Source: Spirochaetota bacterium (GTDB taxonomy: Bacteria; Spirochaetota; UBA4802; UBA5550). From it: DNA of 64,000 nt. The notes under the pieces are model-generated. The model had not been told where the DNA came from, did not search any database, and saw only the letters and a list, made by a program, of their open reading frames with translations. Shown here piece after piece: positions 54,904-64,000 of the stretch (within the stretch, counting starts at the first letter, position 1; every line of letters starts with the position of its first letter). The stretch lies in assembly GCA_035403465.1 (NCBI GenBank), contig DAONFG010000007.1, positions 24,694 through 88,693 of the forward strand, in the 5' to 3' direction. The position numbers and the translations under genes were made by a program.

Positions 54904-55845
54904 ATGAAGGTCATCCTGGTCAATCAGACAAAAACCATCCTTAAAGCAATCGAGGAGATATCCGAAAACCTCCAGCTTGAAATTCGCGTAGTCGAAGAAT
55001 CCGCCCTTGAACCGGCAATAGAAAATGATACTCCTAACCTTATCATGCTCAACTGGATTGACAGCATGACACTTGAAACAATCACCATGATACGCAACAA
55101 GAGGCCTGTAAAAGGACACATATACATCCTGCTTACCGGAACAAAAGATTCAACATCAGATATTATTACGGGACTTGAGACAGGAGCTGACGATTACATC
55201 ACTGTACCATTTACCTTGAACGAAATAGAGGCAAGGATGCGTATTGCAGCGAATTTTGTACAGGTCCGGAACAGTCTGATCAGGACACAGAAAAAACTAA
55301 TCAAACACACAAAAGAGGACATCGCAACCACCCTGCTCAACAGGCGCGCACTGGTGGACGAGATACTGGCCGAACTTGGACGCGCCGCGAGAGAAGGTGA
55401 GTTCACATGTTCGATCATGATCGAAATACACAACTACAATGAACTCCTTAACAGGCTTGGCGACAGGATAATGAATGTGCTGCTCTCCGAGTTCAGCGCA
55501 AAGCTGAAGAGATGCATAAGGCCTTATGACAAGATTGGAAGGTTCGAGACCCAGAGGTTTCTCGTTTTCCTGCCCAAAACCAAGACAGATGACGCACGCA
55601 AGGTTGCCGAGAGGATGATAACCAAACTTCAGGAGAAAAAATTTAAATATAATGATGATCGCGTGGAGCCGGTTGTATCGATCGGCATATCCGAACTTGA
55701 TCCATTTGACCTTGGCAAAGCTGGAGATCCCGACACCCTGGCAATGAATGACCTGGTAATCGAGTCATTCATCAGGAGGTCGGAATTTGCAAGCCGCCAG
55801 GCCTGCGAAAAAGGAAAGAACAATATCGAAATCTATACCTTCTGA
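54904..55845 (+). CDS. Receiver-like plus GGDEF-like protein with degenerate active sites in both domains
   Basis: ATG at 54904 follows GGAGGAA. In the receiver, the acidic pair, the phospho-Asp (IMLNW) and the Lys (DYITVPF) are all substituted. The GGDEF position reads GRFETQRFLVFLP. Confidence 0.8.
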   Translation: MKVILVNQTKTILKAIEEISENLQLEIRVVEESALEPAIENDTPNLIMLNWIDSMTLETITMIRNKRPVKGHIYILLTGTKDSTSDIITGLETGADDYITVPFTLNEIEARMRIAANFVQVRNSLIRTQKKLIKHTKEDIATTLLNRRALVDEILAELGRAAREGEFTCSIMIEIHNYNELLNRLGDRIMNVLLSEFSAKLKRCIRPYDKIGRFETQRFLVFLPKTKTDDARKVAERMITKLQEKKFKYNDDRVEPVVSIGISELDPFDLGKAGDPDTLAMNDLVIESFIRRSEFASRQACEKGKNNIEIYTF

Positions 55846-55847
55846 CC

Positions 55848-57077
55848 TCAGTCAAGCTCGTGAACGAATAGACCGCTCCTCAGTTTCGGTTCAAACCATG
55901 TTGATTTCGGAGGCATGATCATACCCGCATCCGAAACCTCCAGGAGCTGGCTGATCTCTGTAGGGTGCATGGAAAATGCAACAGCAAAGTCCCCTGAATC
56001 GACCACCTTTTCCAGTTCGGCAGTTCCCCTGATTCCGCCCACAAAGTCTATGCGCTTGTCCTTGCGCGGATCATTTATGCCAAGTACCGGGGACAGTATT
56101 TTTTTCTGTATAATGGCCACGTCGAGCGCCTCGATTGGATCTGAAGGTATGGCAAACAACGGGGTGAGCGTGTACCATTCCCTCCCTGTATACATCGAGA
56201 AAGTATTGACCTTCTGCGGAACCTTTACACCGGTTTTCTCAACTTTGAATTCTTTTGCAAGCGCCGCAAAGAAAGAATCCCTGTCCATACCGTTCAGGTC
56301 TTTAACCACCCTGTTATATGCCAGTATCTTCAGCTGGCTGTGGGGAAAGAAGACCGCGAGAAAATAATTGAACTCCTCGCTGCCGCTGAAGCCCGGATTC
56401 TTCTCCCTGCGCATTTTACCCACGCGCACTGCAGATGCTGCCCTGTGGTGGCCGTCAGCAATATATAGTTCATCCTTAACAAAGGACTGTTCAATCGCCC
56501 TGATCAGTTCAGAATCGGTTATGACCCGTCCTATATGCCTTATACCGTCATCGGCCACAAAGTCAAACACAGGTTCAAGCTTCATTGCCTTTTCAACCAG
56601 GTCCTTCTTCTCATCGCTCTCCCTGTATATAAGGAATACCGGACCCGTGTTTACGTTAAGGATGTCAAGGTGCCTGGTCCTGTCCAGCTCCTTGTCTTCG
56701 CGGGTCAGCTCATGCTTCTTGATCACGTTGTTCATGTAATCATCGATGTTGGCGCAAGCAACGATCCCGGTCTGCATGCGTCCGTCCATCACCTGGGAGT
56801 AGAGGTAAAGCAGCGGCTTCTTCTCGCGCTCGAAGTATCCCTCTTCTATGAAATTTTCAAGGGTGGATTTGCCTTTTTTATAGACCTGCTCAGAGTACGG
56901 GTCAACAGACCGGTCAAGGTCCATCTCTGCCCGGGATATATGGAAGAAACAGTATGGATTATCTTTTGCTATTTCGATTACTTCGTCCAGAGAAACAACA
57001 TCATAAGGGAGCGACGCTATCTTATCTGCCAGATCTTTTCTGGGCCTGAGCGCCCTGAAGGACTTCATTTTTGCCAT
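55848..57077 (-). CDS. DUF1015 family protein
   Basis: MKSFRALRP...LPYDVVS at the N-terminus and the IADGHHRAASA motif characteristic of DUF1015. Confidence 0.85.
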   Translation of the reverse strand: MAKMKSFRALRPRKDLADKIASLPYDVVSLDEVIEIAKDNPYCFFHISRAEMDLDRSVDPYSEQVYKKGKSTLENFIEEGYFEREKKPLLYLYSQVMDGRMQTGIVACANIDDYMNNVIKKHELTREDKELDRTRHLDILNVNTGPVFLIYRESDEKKDLVEKAMKLEPVFDFVADDGIRHIGRVITDSELIRAIEQSFVKDELYIADGHHRAASAVRVGKMRREKNPGFSGSEEFNYFLAVFFPHSQLKILAYNRVVKDLNGMDRDSFFAALAKEFKVEKTGVKVPQKVNTFSMYTGREWYTLTPLFAIPSDPIEALDVAIIQKKILSPVLGINDPRKDKRIDFVGGIRGTAELEKVVDSGDFAVAFSMHPTEISQLLEVSDAGMIMPPKSTWFEPKLRSGLFVHELD

Positions 57078-57326
57078 GTAAATGACCTCGTTTAATCAGG
57101 TTGTAGTTAAGGATAACCACTAATCACAGACTGAATATTATTTTCAAGAAATAAAAAAGTGCAGGGCAGCGGACCCCTTACCTTCAGTTAATGCAGACCC
57201 GGATTTCAGAGAGCAGCTGGCCTTTGAAGCCGGAAAAAACGGCTGGCTGTAAAATTTCAGTAACAGGGATCTGATGGATTCCGGGAGAGAGCAAGGGGTT
57301 GCAACCTCCTGTTCTGTTGATAAATG

Positions 57327-57989
57327 CTACTCTCCCCCCTGGTCTTCAGGTTCTATCTTGATCTTGAAGTTGAAGTTCTTCATTCCCTTGTCCTTCTTGA
57401 CCCCATTCATGACCAGTTTAAAGAGCGGGTCGACATTCTGCAGCGGCTGTGTCCTGTCAGATGGGGTATTGTACATCAGCCACCTGATAACAATGAATTC
57501 AATGCTGCCGAGGATTACGGACCGTACAAAATGGGGATCTGTATCCTCCCTGAACTCACCGTTCTGGATCCCCTCTTTTATTACATTAATCATGATGTCA
57601 TAGTATGCTATCAGATCCCTGTAGGTATCGGTCTCCATGAACTTTTTGTTTGTCTTCAGCGTCATCAGGGATATTGAGGCAAAAAACGGGTTGTCCTGGT
57701 AGAACTTGCACAGGTGGTAAATCATTCCGCGGAGCTTGTTGGTGGTACCGCTTATATAGTTCAGGTGTGAATCGAGCATATGTTTGCTCAGTTCAATCCC
57801 CTCCCGGGGGATACAGAAAAGAAGTTCCTCTTTTGATGAAAAATATTCGTAAATTGTAGTATCAGAAACGCCTGTCTCTTTTGCCACGTCAGATATGGTC
57901 GAGTTCTGAAAGCCTTTCTCCGAGAAGACTTTTTCGGCTGCTTTAAGGATCTGGTCCTTTCTGGCCTCTTTTAATGATTTTACTGTCAT
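57327..57989 (-). CDS. TetR/AcrR family transcriptional regulator
   Basis: HTH ILKAAEKVFSEKGFQNSTISDVAKETGVSDTTIYEYFSSKEEL. Confidence 0.9.
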   Translation of the reverse strand: MTVKSLKEARKDQILKAAEKVFSEKGFQNSTISDVAKETGVSDTTIYEYFSSKEELLFCIPREGIELSKHMLDSHLNYISGTTNKLRGMIYHLCKFYQDNPFFASISLMTLKTNKKFMETDTYRDLIAYYDIMINVIKEGIQNGEFREDTDPHFVRSVILGSIEFIVIRWLMYNTPSDRTQPLQNVDPLFKLVMNGVKKDKGMKNFNFKIKIEPEDQGGE

Positions 57990-58046
57990 CTCTGTCTCCT
58001 GATAGAAAATTTTACTTCATATTGTAAAAAACAAAAAAATACAGGG

Positions 58047-58068
58047 TAAGACTTGGTTTTAAGTCTTA
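58047..58068. promoter_or_regulatory. Inverted repeat TAAGACTT-ggtttt-AAGTCTTA in the TetR/DUF4139 divergent intergenic region (candidate TetR operator)
   Basis: 8-bp perfect arms read directly. A second related palindromic pair, TTGAGTC (58081-58087) and GACTCAA (58159-58165), lies nearby. Confidence 0.4.
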
Positions 58069-58266
58069 AAATATAAGATTTTGAGTCAAGAATTATTTTA
58101 CAAATTGTGTAGTTGTGTTTAGAGTTAATAGTATAATAGTAGTATTTTGCAGTATGGGACTCAAGTCGGTCATAAAATCGGAGTTTTTGTGACCGCATAT
58201 AATTCTTTATGGAATATTTAACCTGAAATTTGTAGATTAGCTTATATGCATATACACGGAGGATTT

Positions 58267-60078
58267 ATGAAACGCGCGCTCGGACTATTTGTATTGCTAA
58301 TACTTTTTACAGCTGTGAACGACGCAATGCTTACTTCTGCACCGGCCACGGTTACCAGTAAAATCACTGCGGTAAAACTTTACACCAACAGGGCTGAGAT
58401 CACACGAATCTCAAAAATCAGGCTGGTAAAAGGCTCCAACACCATAATCATAGAAGGACTCCCCGACAACATGATCGACTGGTCAGCCAGGGGCATGCTG
58501 CCGGAAAAATATAACGGCAGGATAATCTCCCTTGAGATCATGAGACAGGCTCTTATCGAAAAGAAAAAGAACAGGATTCATGAGATAGAGAAGAAGCTGG
58601 AGGACCTGAGGGACCGTGATGCCGAACTCGCTGATGACATGACAAACATACGCCAGCAGGAGATTTTTCTCGATTCAATAGTCGAATTCACAAAAAACAC
58701 GGCATCAAAAGAACTCGAGACAAGGATTCCACAGACCGGGCTCTGGTCAGGCACAATGGATTATGTAAGCTCAAAACGGAAGGAGCTCCTTGCAGCCAGC
58801 AGGGCATTACAGAAAAAAAGACGAGGCCTTGCAGAGGAGATACAGAAGCTGGAGTTTGAACTTAGCCAGCTTGCAGGCACCTCATATTATTCAAGCTATA
58901 AAAAACTGAACAAGGCCGTTGAGCAGAACACAAAGTCCAACACGGTTCAGCAGTACGGGGACTTTACCGATTCCTATGAGGAAATGGACCGCACCATGAA
59001 AGATGAAAGTTCCGGGGTCGATACCGAGAAGAGAATCATGCTGAACATATACTCTGCCGTTGAAGGTGAAACCGAGTTTACCTTCAGTTACCTGATTCCC
59101 GACACGTACTGGCAGATGACATACGACTTCAGGGCAAGCAGGACTGACAACAGCATTGAAGTAATACTCTATGCCGACGTATTCCAGAAGACCGGCGAGG
59201 ACTGGGAAAACATAGACCTCTCCCTTTCAACAGGAGCACCGCAGAACAATATCGCGATCCCTGATCTTGCACCATGGTACCTGAACAAACGCGAGGAATA
59301 CAAGTCAAAGCGCGATTATGAGAGCGCTTCGGGCATGTATGACAAGAAGGCGATGAAGGAGGAGGCTTATGCCGCCGACGAGGATAATCAGGCGGTAATC
59401 CCCGAGGCTACTGTACAGACAAAGGGACTTTTCCTCGAGGTAAAAATACCGGTCAGGCAGACAATCGAGTCCGCCAACCGGTACCAGAAGAAACTGATCA
59501 AGTCCTATTCATTCAAATCCGGCAAGGGGCTCAAGTATTACTTCAAGACTGTTCCCGACAGTTCGGGCAAGGTCTACCTGATGGCCAAAACGGCAAACCA
59601 GACCGAGCTTCCGTGGCTCGGCGGCGAGGCCCAGGTATTCCTGGAAAACGAATTCATTGGAAGGGTCCAGATCCCTGACACATCCGTGGGTAAGGAGGAG
59701 GATCTGGTACTGGGAATATCACAGGAGATTACGGCAAAGAAGGAACTCGTAAAAAAGTACGAGGACAAGTCCGGTGTATTCGGCGGAAAGAAGCGCATGG
59801 TTTACTCGTACAAGATCACTCTGGAAAACAATTCTAAGGAAACAGCGGAGGTCCTGATACTTGACAATTTCCCTGTCTCGCAGAACGACGATATCAAGGT
59901 TGAAATAGAGAAACTCTCAGCGCAGTACCAGGAGGATGAGATAATTAAGAAAACTACGGAGTACCAGCAGGGGATAAGAAAATTTACTGTGACATTATCG
60001 CCAGGTTCAAAGCGCGAGATTACCTATGATGCTGTAATAACTTTTGACAAAGAGCTCGAAGTCGACGGGCTAAGGTAG
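58267..60078 (+). CDS. DUF4140/DUF4139 (MuiA-like) secreted protein
   Basis: ATG at 58267 follows GGAGGA, with a signal peptide. The N-terminal VKLYTNRAEITR...GSNTIIIEGLP (DUF4140), a coiled coil, and the C-terminal DUF4139-like beta region. Confidence 0.75.
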   Translation: MKRALGLFVLLILFTAVNDAMLTSAPATVTSKITAVKLYTNRAEITRISKIRLVKGSNTIIIEGLPDNMIDWSARGMLPEKYNGRIISLEIMRQALIEKKKNRIHEIEKKLEDLRDRDAELADDMTNIRQQEIFLDSIVEFTKNTASKELETRIPQTGLWSGTMDYVSSKRKELLAASRALQKKRRGLAEEIQKLEFELSQLAGTSYYSSYKKLNKAVEQNTKSNTVQQYGDFTDSYEEMDRTMKDESSGVDTEKRIMLNIYSAVEGETEFTFSYLIPDTYWQMTYDFRASRTDNSIEVILYADVFQKTGEDWENIDLSLSTGAPQNNIAIPDLAPWYLNKREEYKSKRDYESASGMYDKKAMKEEAYAADEDNQAVIPEATVQTKGLFLEVKIPVRQTIESANRYQKKLIKSYSFKSGKGLKYYFKTVPDSSGKVYLMAKTANQTELPWLGGEAQVFLENEFIGRVQIPDTSVGKEEDLVLGISQEITAKKELVKKYEDKSGVFGGKKRMVYSYKITLENNSKETAEVLILDNFPVSQNDDIKVEIEKLSAQYQEDEIIKKTTEYQQGIRKFTVTLSPGSKREITYDAVITFDKELEVDGLR

Positions 60079-60085
60079 ATAACAA

Positions 60086-61831
60086 ATGAGAAAGACAAAA
60101 ATTATATGCACCCTTGGCCCTGCACTCGATGACCCTGAATTATTAAAAAGAATATTTCTCACTGGAATGGATGTGGCCAGGCTGAACTTTTCGCACGGCA
60201 CACACGAAGAACATCTTGTAAGGGTAAATCGTTTCAAGCAGATACGTTCAGAACTTGGCAGATCCGCAGCACTCCTGCTTGACACAAAGGGCCCGGAGAT
60301 ACGCCTCAGGAAATTCAAAAACGGAAAGATAATGCTTCCTACAGGCTCGAAGTTTATTCTTACAACAGAGGATATTGAAGGGGACGAACAGAGAGTTGCT
60401 GTTACCTACAAGGATATCACCAAAGACCTCACCAAGGGCAACCGTGTGCTTATTGACGACGGTCTCATTGACCTGAAGGTAACGGGTGTAACCGATAAAG
60501 AGGTCATGTGCGAAGTGATGAACGGCGGCGAACTGAGCGATAGAAAGGGTGTCAACCTCCAGGGCGTAACTGCACGTATGCCTTTCATGAGCGACCAGGA
60601 CAGGAAAGACCTGCTCTTCGGTATACAAAATGATTTTGAGTTTGTTGCGGCATCATTTGTACGGAACGCCGACGACGTAAAGCAGATAAAAAGTTTTCTC
60701 GAGGAGCACGGCGGAGGCTTCATAAAAGTCATTTCTAAAATAGAGAACAGGGACGGCGTCAAGAATATTGACGAGATTATCCGGGTCAGCGACGGTACCA
60801 TGGTTGCGCGCGGGGACATGGGTGTGGAGATATCATTCGAGGAGATACCCAGGCTCCAGAAGCTTATAATCAAAAAAACACTTAACGCGGGGAAACCTGC
60901 AATTACCGCCACACAGATGCTCGACTCAATGATACGCAATCCTAGGCCTACACGTGCAGAGATAACTGACGTGGCTAACGCCATATACGACGGCACAAGC
61001 GCCATCATGCTTTCAGGTGAAACCGCTGTCGGCAAATTCCCTGAACTCACCGTTGTCACAATGGCCAAGATCGCCGAGAAGACCGAAATGGACATCGACT
61101 ATGTGAAAAATTTCGAGAACACGCACATCAACATATCGAAGAACATAACTGATGCAATAAGCTACTCAACAGTATCAGCGGCGCATTCCCTTGACGCCGC
61201 CGCGATTATCACAATAACCAAGTCCGGGCATACATCGCGCATGGTCTCGCGCTACAGGCCGCAGTGTATGATTATAGCCTCAACCCCACTTGAAAAAGTA
61301 TACAACCAGCTTGCCCTCTCATGGGGCGTATACCCGGTACACGCCGAGGAAGCAACAACAACTGACGAGATATTCCAGAACTCAGTTGAAAACGCATTTA
61401 ATGAGGGGCTTGTTAAAAACGGCGACCTTGTTGTAATTACCGGCGGCATGCCTGTTGGAATAAGCGGAACGACCAACATGATCAAGATACACGTTGTTGG
61501 AGACATACTTGTTGAGGGCGTGAGCATCAACAGCCTGTCGTCAACGGGGATTGTATGCGTTGTAGCAGAGAACAAGTCCACGGCCGAAGACTTCAAGGGC
61601 GGAGAGATTCTTGTAATTAAAAAATCATGCGATGCCATACTCCACCTGATAAAGAATGCCTCGGGCGTAATCACAGAGGAGGATTCGGCCGATTCACCCG
61701 CAGCGATTGTGGCAAAAGCGCTCGACATACCTGTGATCACATCTGCCAGGAACGCGACAGAGATACTCACAAGCGGTACTGCCGTGCGCATTGACGGCGG
61801 CAGCGGACTGATTTACAGCGGGCACAATTGA
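60086..61831 (+). CDS. pyk: Pyruvate kinase with C-terminal PEP-utilizer mobile domain
   Basis: MRKTKIICTLGPA, ARLNFSHG, MVARGDMGVEI and MLSGETA motifs, plus an extra C-terminal ~100-aa swivelling-domain-like extension. Confidence 0.95.
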   Translation: MRKTKIICTLGPALDDPELLKRIFLTGMDVARLNFSHGTHEEHLVRVNRFKQIRSELGRSAALLLDTKGPEIRLRKFKNGKIMLPTGSKFILTTEDIEGDEQRVAVTYKDITKDLTKGNRVLIDDGLIDLKVTGVTDKEVMCEVMNGGELSDRKGVNLQGVTARMPFMSDQDRKDLLFGIQNDFEFVAASFVRNADDVKQIKSFLEEHGGGFIKVISKIENRDGVKNIDEIIRVSDGTMVARGDMGVEISFEEIPRLQKLIIKKTLNAGKPAITATQMLDSMIRNPRPTRAEITDVANAIYDGTSAIMLSGETAVGKFPELTVVTMAKIAEKTEMDIDYVKNFENTHINISKNITDAISYSTVSAAHSLDAAAIITITKSGHTSRMVSRYRPQCMIIASTPLEKVYNQLALSWGVYPVHAEEATTTDEIFQNSVENAFNEGLVKNGDLVVITGGMPVGISGTTNMIKIHVVGDILVEGVSINSLSSTGIVCVVAENKSTAEDFKGGEILVIKKSCDAILHLIKNASGVITEEDSADSPAAIVAKALDIPVITSARNATEILTSGTAVRIDGGSGLIYSGHN

Positions 61832-61839
61832 TCTGCCGG

Positions 61840-62577
61840 ATGATACACGGGACTGGACTTTTTTTAATGATCAGGCGGCTTTCCGTATTTTGTCTTTCTG
61901 TTCTTATGTGCTTCAGCGGAGTTCCGCTGCATTCCGGGGTGCATGAAGTTACAGTTTCAAGCTACACGACGTCAGTGGCAAACCAGGATACTGATGTCCG
62001 TGCCAATATTGCACTTGCCGCATCAAAGCTTAACGATGTCGTGATACTTCCGGGGTCAACATTTTCATTCAACAGCACGGTCGGCGAAGCCTCAGCTGCA
62101 AACGGATACAGGCCGGGGCGCGTACTGTACGCGGATACCGTGGCGTATGAACCGGGCGGAGGTGTATGCCAAGTATCGTCAACACTATTCAACGCGCTCC
62201 TGCTTGCTGGGTGTACCATCATTGAAAGGCACAGGCACAACCAGCCTGTACGCTACGTGGAGCCCGGGCTTGACGCAACCATAAGGTACGGAAAAAAGGA
62301 CCTGCGCATGAAGAACCCGCACGACTTTCCTCTATACATATACACAGAGATAAACGACAGCAGCCTTAACATGATAATCCGCGCAGTTAAAAACCCGCAG
62401 CAGGCTTACGAGGTGTTCACCGAAGTCGAAGAAGTCAACCTTCCGTTTAACAATGAAGAAGGGAGAAAAATCAGGCCGGGGCTGACCATTTACGTTTACA
62501 GGAAAAGAACAGTTAACGGCGTTGCAGAGAGTGTCCTGTTATATAAGGATTTTTTTCCTCCGGCGTATGTTGAGTGA
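61840..62577 (+). CDS. VanW family protein
   Basis: PGSTFSFNSTVGE...GGGVCQVSSTLFNALLLAG...RHRH is the VanW signature. The start is uncertain (61828 TTG, 61840 ATG or 61867 ATG). Confidence 0.85.
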   Translation: MIHGTGLFLMIRRLSVFCLSVLMCFSGVPLHSGVHEVTVSSYTTSVANQDTDVRANIALAASKLNDVVILPGSTFSFNSTVGEASAANGYRPGRVLYADTVAYEPGGGVCQVSSTLFNALLLAGCTIIERHRHNQPVRYVEPGLDATIRYGKKDLRMKNPHDFPLYIYTEINDSSLNMIIRAVKNPQQAYEVFTEVEEVNLPFNNEEGRKIRPGLTIYVYRKRTVNGVAESVLLYKDFFPPAYVE

Positions 62578-62827
62578 TATTGTATGGCCGACATCCTGCT
62601 GTATAAAACCGGATTTGGATTAACTACCGCTTGATACACCGTCAGAGTTCATTGACTGAAGCTATTCACTGAATTTCTTTCATTTTTTTAAAATTGATTC
62701 CAGGCTTAGCTCCCAGTGCTTTCCCGATTTTCCGCTGAAAAGAGTGAAAATTAATTTTCCATGGCGACGGTTTATTCTTAAAATATCCCCCTTGACACAA
62801 AACTTCAGCTGCATAAACAGTTGCATC

Positions 62828-63727
62828 ATGAATCTCAATGTAAAAAACAATTCCGGAACCATGCGCGGTACAATCCTTACCGCTGTATCCTTCGCCCTCT
62901 GGGGCGTACTACCCGGCTACTGGAAGATGCTTGCTGCTGTTCCCGCACTTCAAATCGTGGGCCACCGCACAATCTGGACATGCCTCTTTGCATTCCTGCT
63001 GATAATAATCACCGGGAAACTATACGCGGTGCGCGAGGCTTTGTCGAAGCGCGGTACGCGGATGCTCATAATGGCCGGGTCGCTCATGATAGCCATCAAC
63101 TGGCTCATCTACATATACGCCGTGAATTCGGGGAACATTGTTCAGGCAAGCCTGGGCTACTACATTAATCCGCTTGTAAGCATTCTGCTGGGAATGGCAG
63201 TGCTCAGGGAGAGGCTCTCAACTCCGCAAATTTCCGCATTCCTGCTTGCTGCGTGCGGTGTGCTCTACATGACGTTCAGCCTGGGCAGCTTCCCCTGGAT
63301 ATCCGTGGCACTGGCGGTCTCATTCGCTCTTTACGGCCTTGTTAAAAAAAGTACGGGCGTAGATTCGGTTTCGTCCCTTGCCATTGAAAGCATCTTCCTT
63401 GCACCCGTGGCACTGCCTGCAGCGACCGGATTCTTAAGCGGGGCATTTGTTCCGTTTGGCAGCACAATGCTTACAGGCGTTCTACTTGTATCCGGGGGTG
63501 TTGTTACGGGTCTTCCGCTCTACTTGTTTGCCGAGGGTGCAAAGGCGATCCCCCTTTCGCGTGTGGGTTTTTTACAGTACATCAGCCCTACGCTTTCGCT
63601 GCTGATCGCTGTTTTTATTTACGGTGAGAGTTTTACATTGGTCCATGCAGTGAGTTTCGGATTTATCTGGACCGGGCTGTTTGTGTATACGGCTTCGGGC
63701 TACATGAATTATAGAAACTCAAGGTAA
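62828..63727 (+). CDS. rarD: EamA-family transporter RarD
   Basis: 10 TM helices. LWGVLPGYWK, YYINPLVSILLGMAVLRERL and the FLQYISPT pattern of RarD. Alternative start at 62861; the track TTG at 62744 is unlikely. Confidence 0.85.
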   Translation: MNLNVKNNSGTMRGTILTAVSFALWGVLPGYWKMLAAVPALQIVGHRTIWTCLFAFLLIIITGKLYAVREALSKRGTRMLIMAGSLMIAINWLIYIYAVNSGNIVQASLGYYINPLVSILLGMAVLRERLSTPQISAFLLAACGVLYMTFSLGSFPWISVALAVSFALYGLVKKSTGVDSVSSLAIESIFLAPVALPAATGFLSGAFVPFGSTMLTGVLLVSGGVVTGLPLYLFAEGAKAIPLSRVGFLQYISPTLSLLIAVFIYGESFTLVHAVSFGFIWTGLFVYTASGYMNYRNSR

Positions 63728-63736
63728 CCCGGACTT

Positions 63737-64000
63737 TTACCGTCCGGACTTCTCCCTGTGCTCAGCCCTGATAGCCATGACCCTGTTCCGGCCATTCTCT
63801 TTTACCTCGTAAAGCGCCACGTCCGCCCTGTTCAGTACGGAATCAACTGTTAAATCGTTCGTATCCGAATCAGATATCCCCGCACTTATTGTAAGCTTGA
63901 GTGTTTTACATTCAAACTCCATTTCCGATTCATCAATTTTTTTTCGCAGCCTTTCCGCTATCTCAACGCCGTATTCAATTTCCGTTTCAGGAAGGAGTAT
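63737..64000 (-). CDS. GGDEF-domain protein, C-terminal part only (continues beyond the window end)
   Basis: The frame stays open upstream of the track Met: ILLPETEIEYGVEIAERLRKKIDESEMEFECKTLKLTISAGISD...RADVALYEVKENGRN. This is the canonical post-GGDEF region. Confidence 0.8.
   Translation of the reverse strand: MLLPETEIEYGVEIAERLRKKIDESEMEFECKTLKLTISAGISDSDTNDLTVDSVLNRADVALYEVKENGRNRVMAIRAEHREKSGR

Noticed and set aside
62680-62862. 60-aa minus-strand ORF upstream of and overlapping rarD
   Set aside because: It lies in the rarD promoter and leader region, antisense to the rarD start, and has no ribosome-binding site or recognisable motif.
1-64000. Search by eye for CRISPR arrays, tRNA/rRNA genes, transposases, integrases, reverse transcriptases and phage genes
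   Set aside because: No regularly spaced direct repeats, no tRNA-like cloverleaf candidates, and no ORF with DDE, tyrosine/serine recombinase or RT motifs were found. The window appears free of recognisable mobile elements.

Overview
This 64-kb window looks chromosomal, from an unidentified diderm bacterium. By eye it is mid-40s % GC, uses GGAGG-type Shine-Dalgarno sites, and encodes lipoproteins, outer-membrane beta-barrels and many sensory proteins. All calls rest on manual translation and motif recognition; no homology or covariance searches were possible. I support about 57 protein-coding genes.

Housekeeping genes:
- Tungstate uptake (tupAB) and cyclophilin
- Pyrimidine synthesis (pyrB, pyrC) and thymidylate kinase (tmk)
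- t6A tRNA modification (tsaD, tsaC/sua5)
- S41 C-terminal protease, NUDIX hydrolase, split class-I fumarate hydratase, bacterioferritin
- Signal peptide peptidase (sppA), pyruvate kinase, VanW, RarD

Sensory genes:
- A 7TM-SpoIIE phosphatase
- A 2169-aa kinase-like/AAA/GAF/PAS/histidine kinase/receiver giant
- A 7TMR-DISM histidine kinase-receiver-AraC hybrid
- A tight HAMP/TauE/MCP-signalling operon behind a B12 radical SAM gene
- A doubly degenerate receiver-GGDEF protein, and a partial GGDEF gene at the window end

Features not in the ORF track:
- The tupB 5' part (1-357)
- A preQ1-I riboswitch (5388-5422, minus strand) that also corrects the yhhQ start
- A 55-aa ORF with a strong ribosome-binding site (6852-7019)
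- MORN, DsbA-like and vapBC gene remnants (31.4-32.6 kb)
- A 49-aa hydrophobic peptide ORF
- Several hairpin terminators, two of them near-identical copies 6.8 kb apart
- Short palindromic REP-like repeats

The stretch from about 22.6 to 32.9 kb looks like an AT-richer accessory region. It is full of orphan secreted and envelope proteins plus decayed genes, but has no mobility genes. I saw no tRNA, rRNA, CRISPR array, transposase or integrase.

The most intriguing candidates for something undescribed:
1. The radical SAM / split HAMP - TauE - MCP cluster with a perfect 18-bp palindrome upstream
2. A four-gene envelope cluster beside the hybrid kinase
3. A helix-turn-helix-fused orphan adenine methyltransferase translationally coupled to pyrC
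4. A secreted PLD / RadC / unknown 318-aa trio
5. A 260-nt GC-rich structured island in a 1-kb intergenic region
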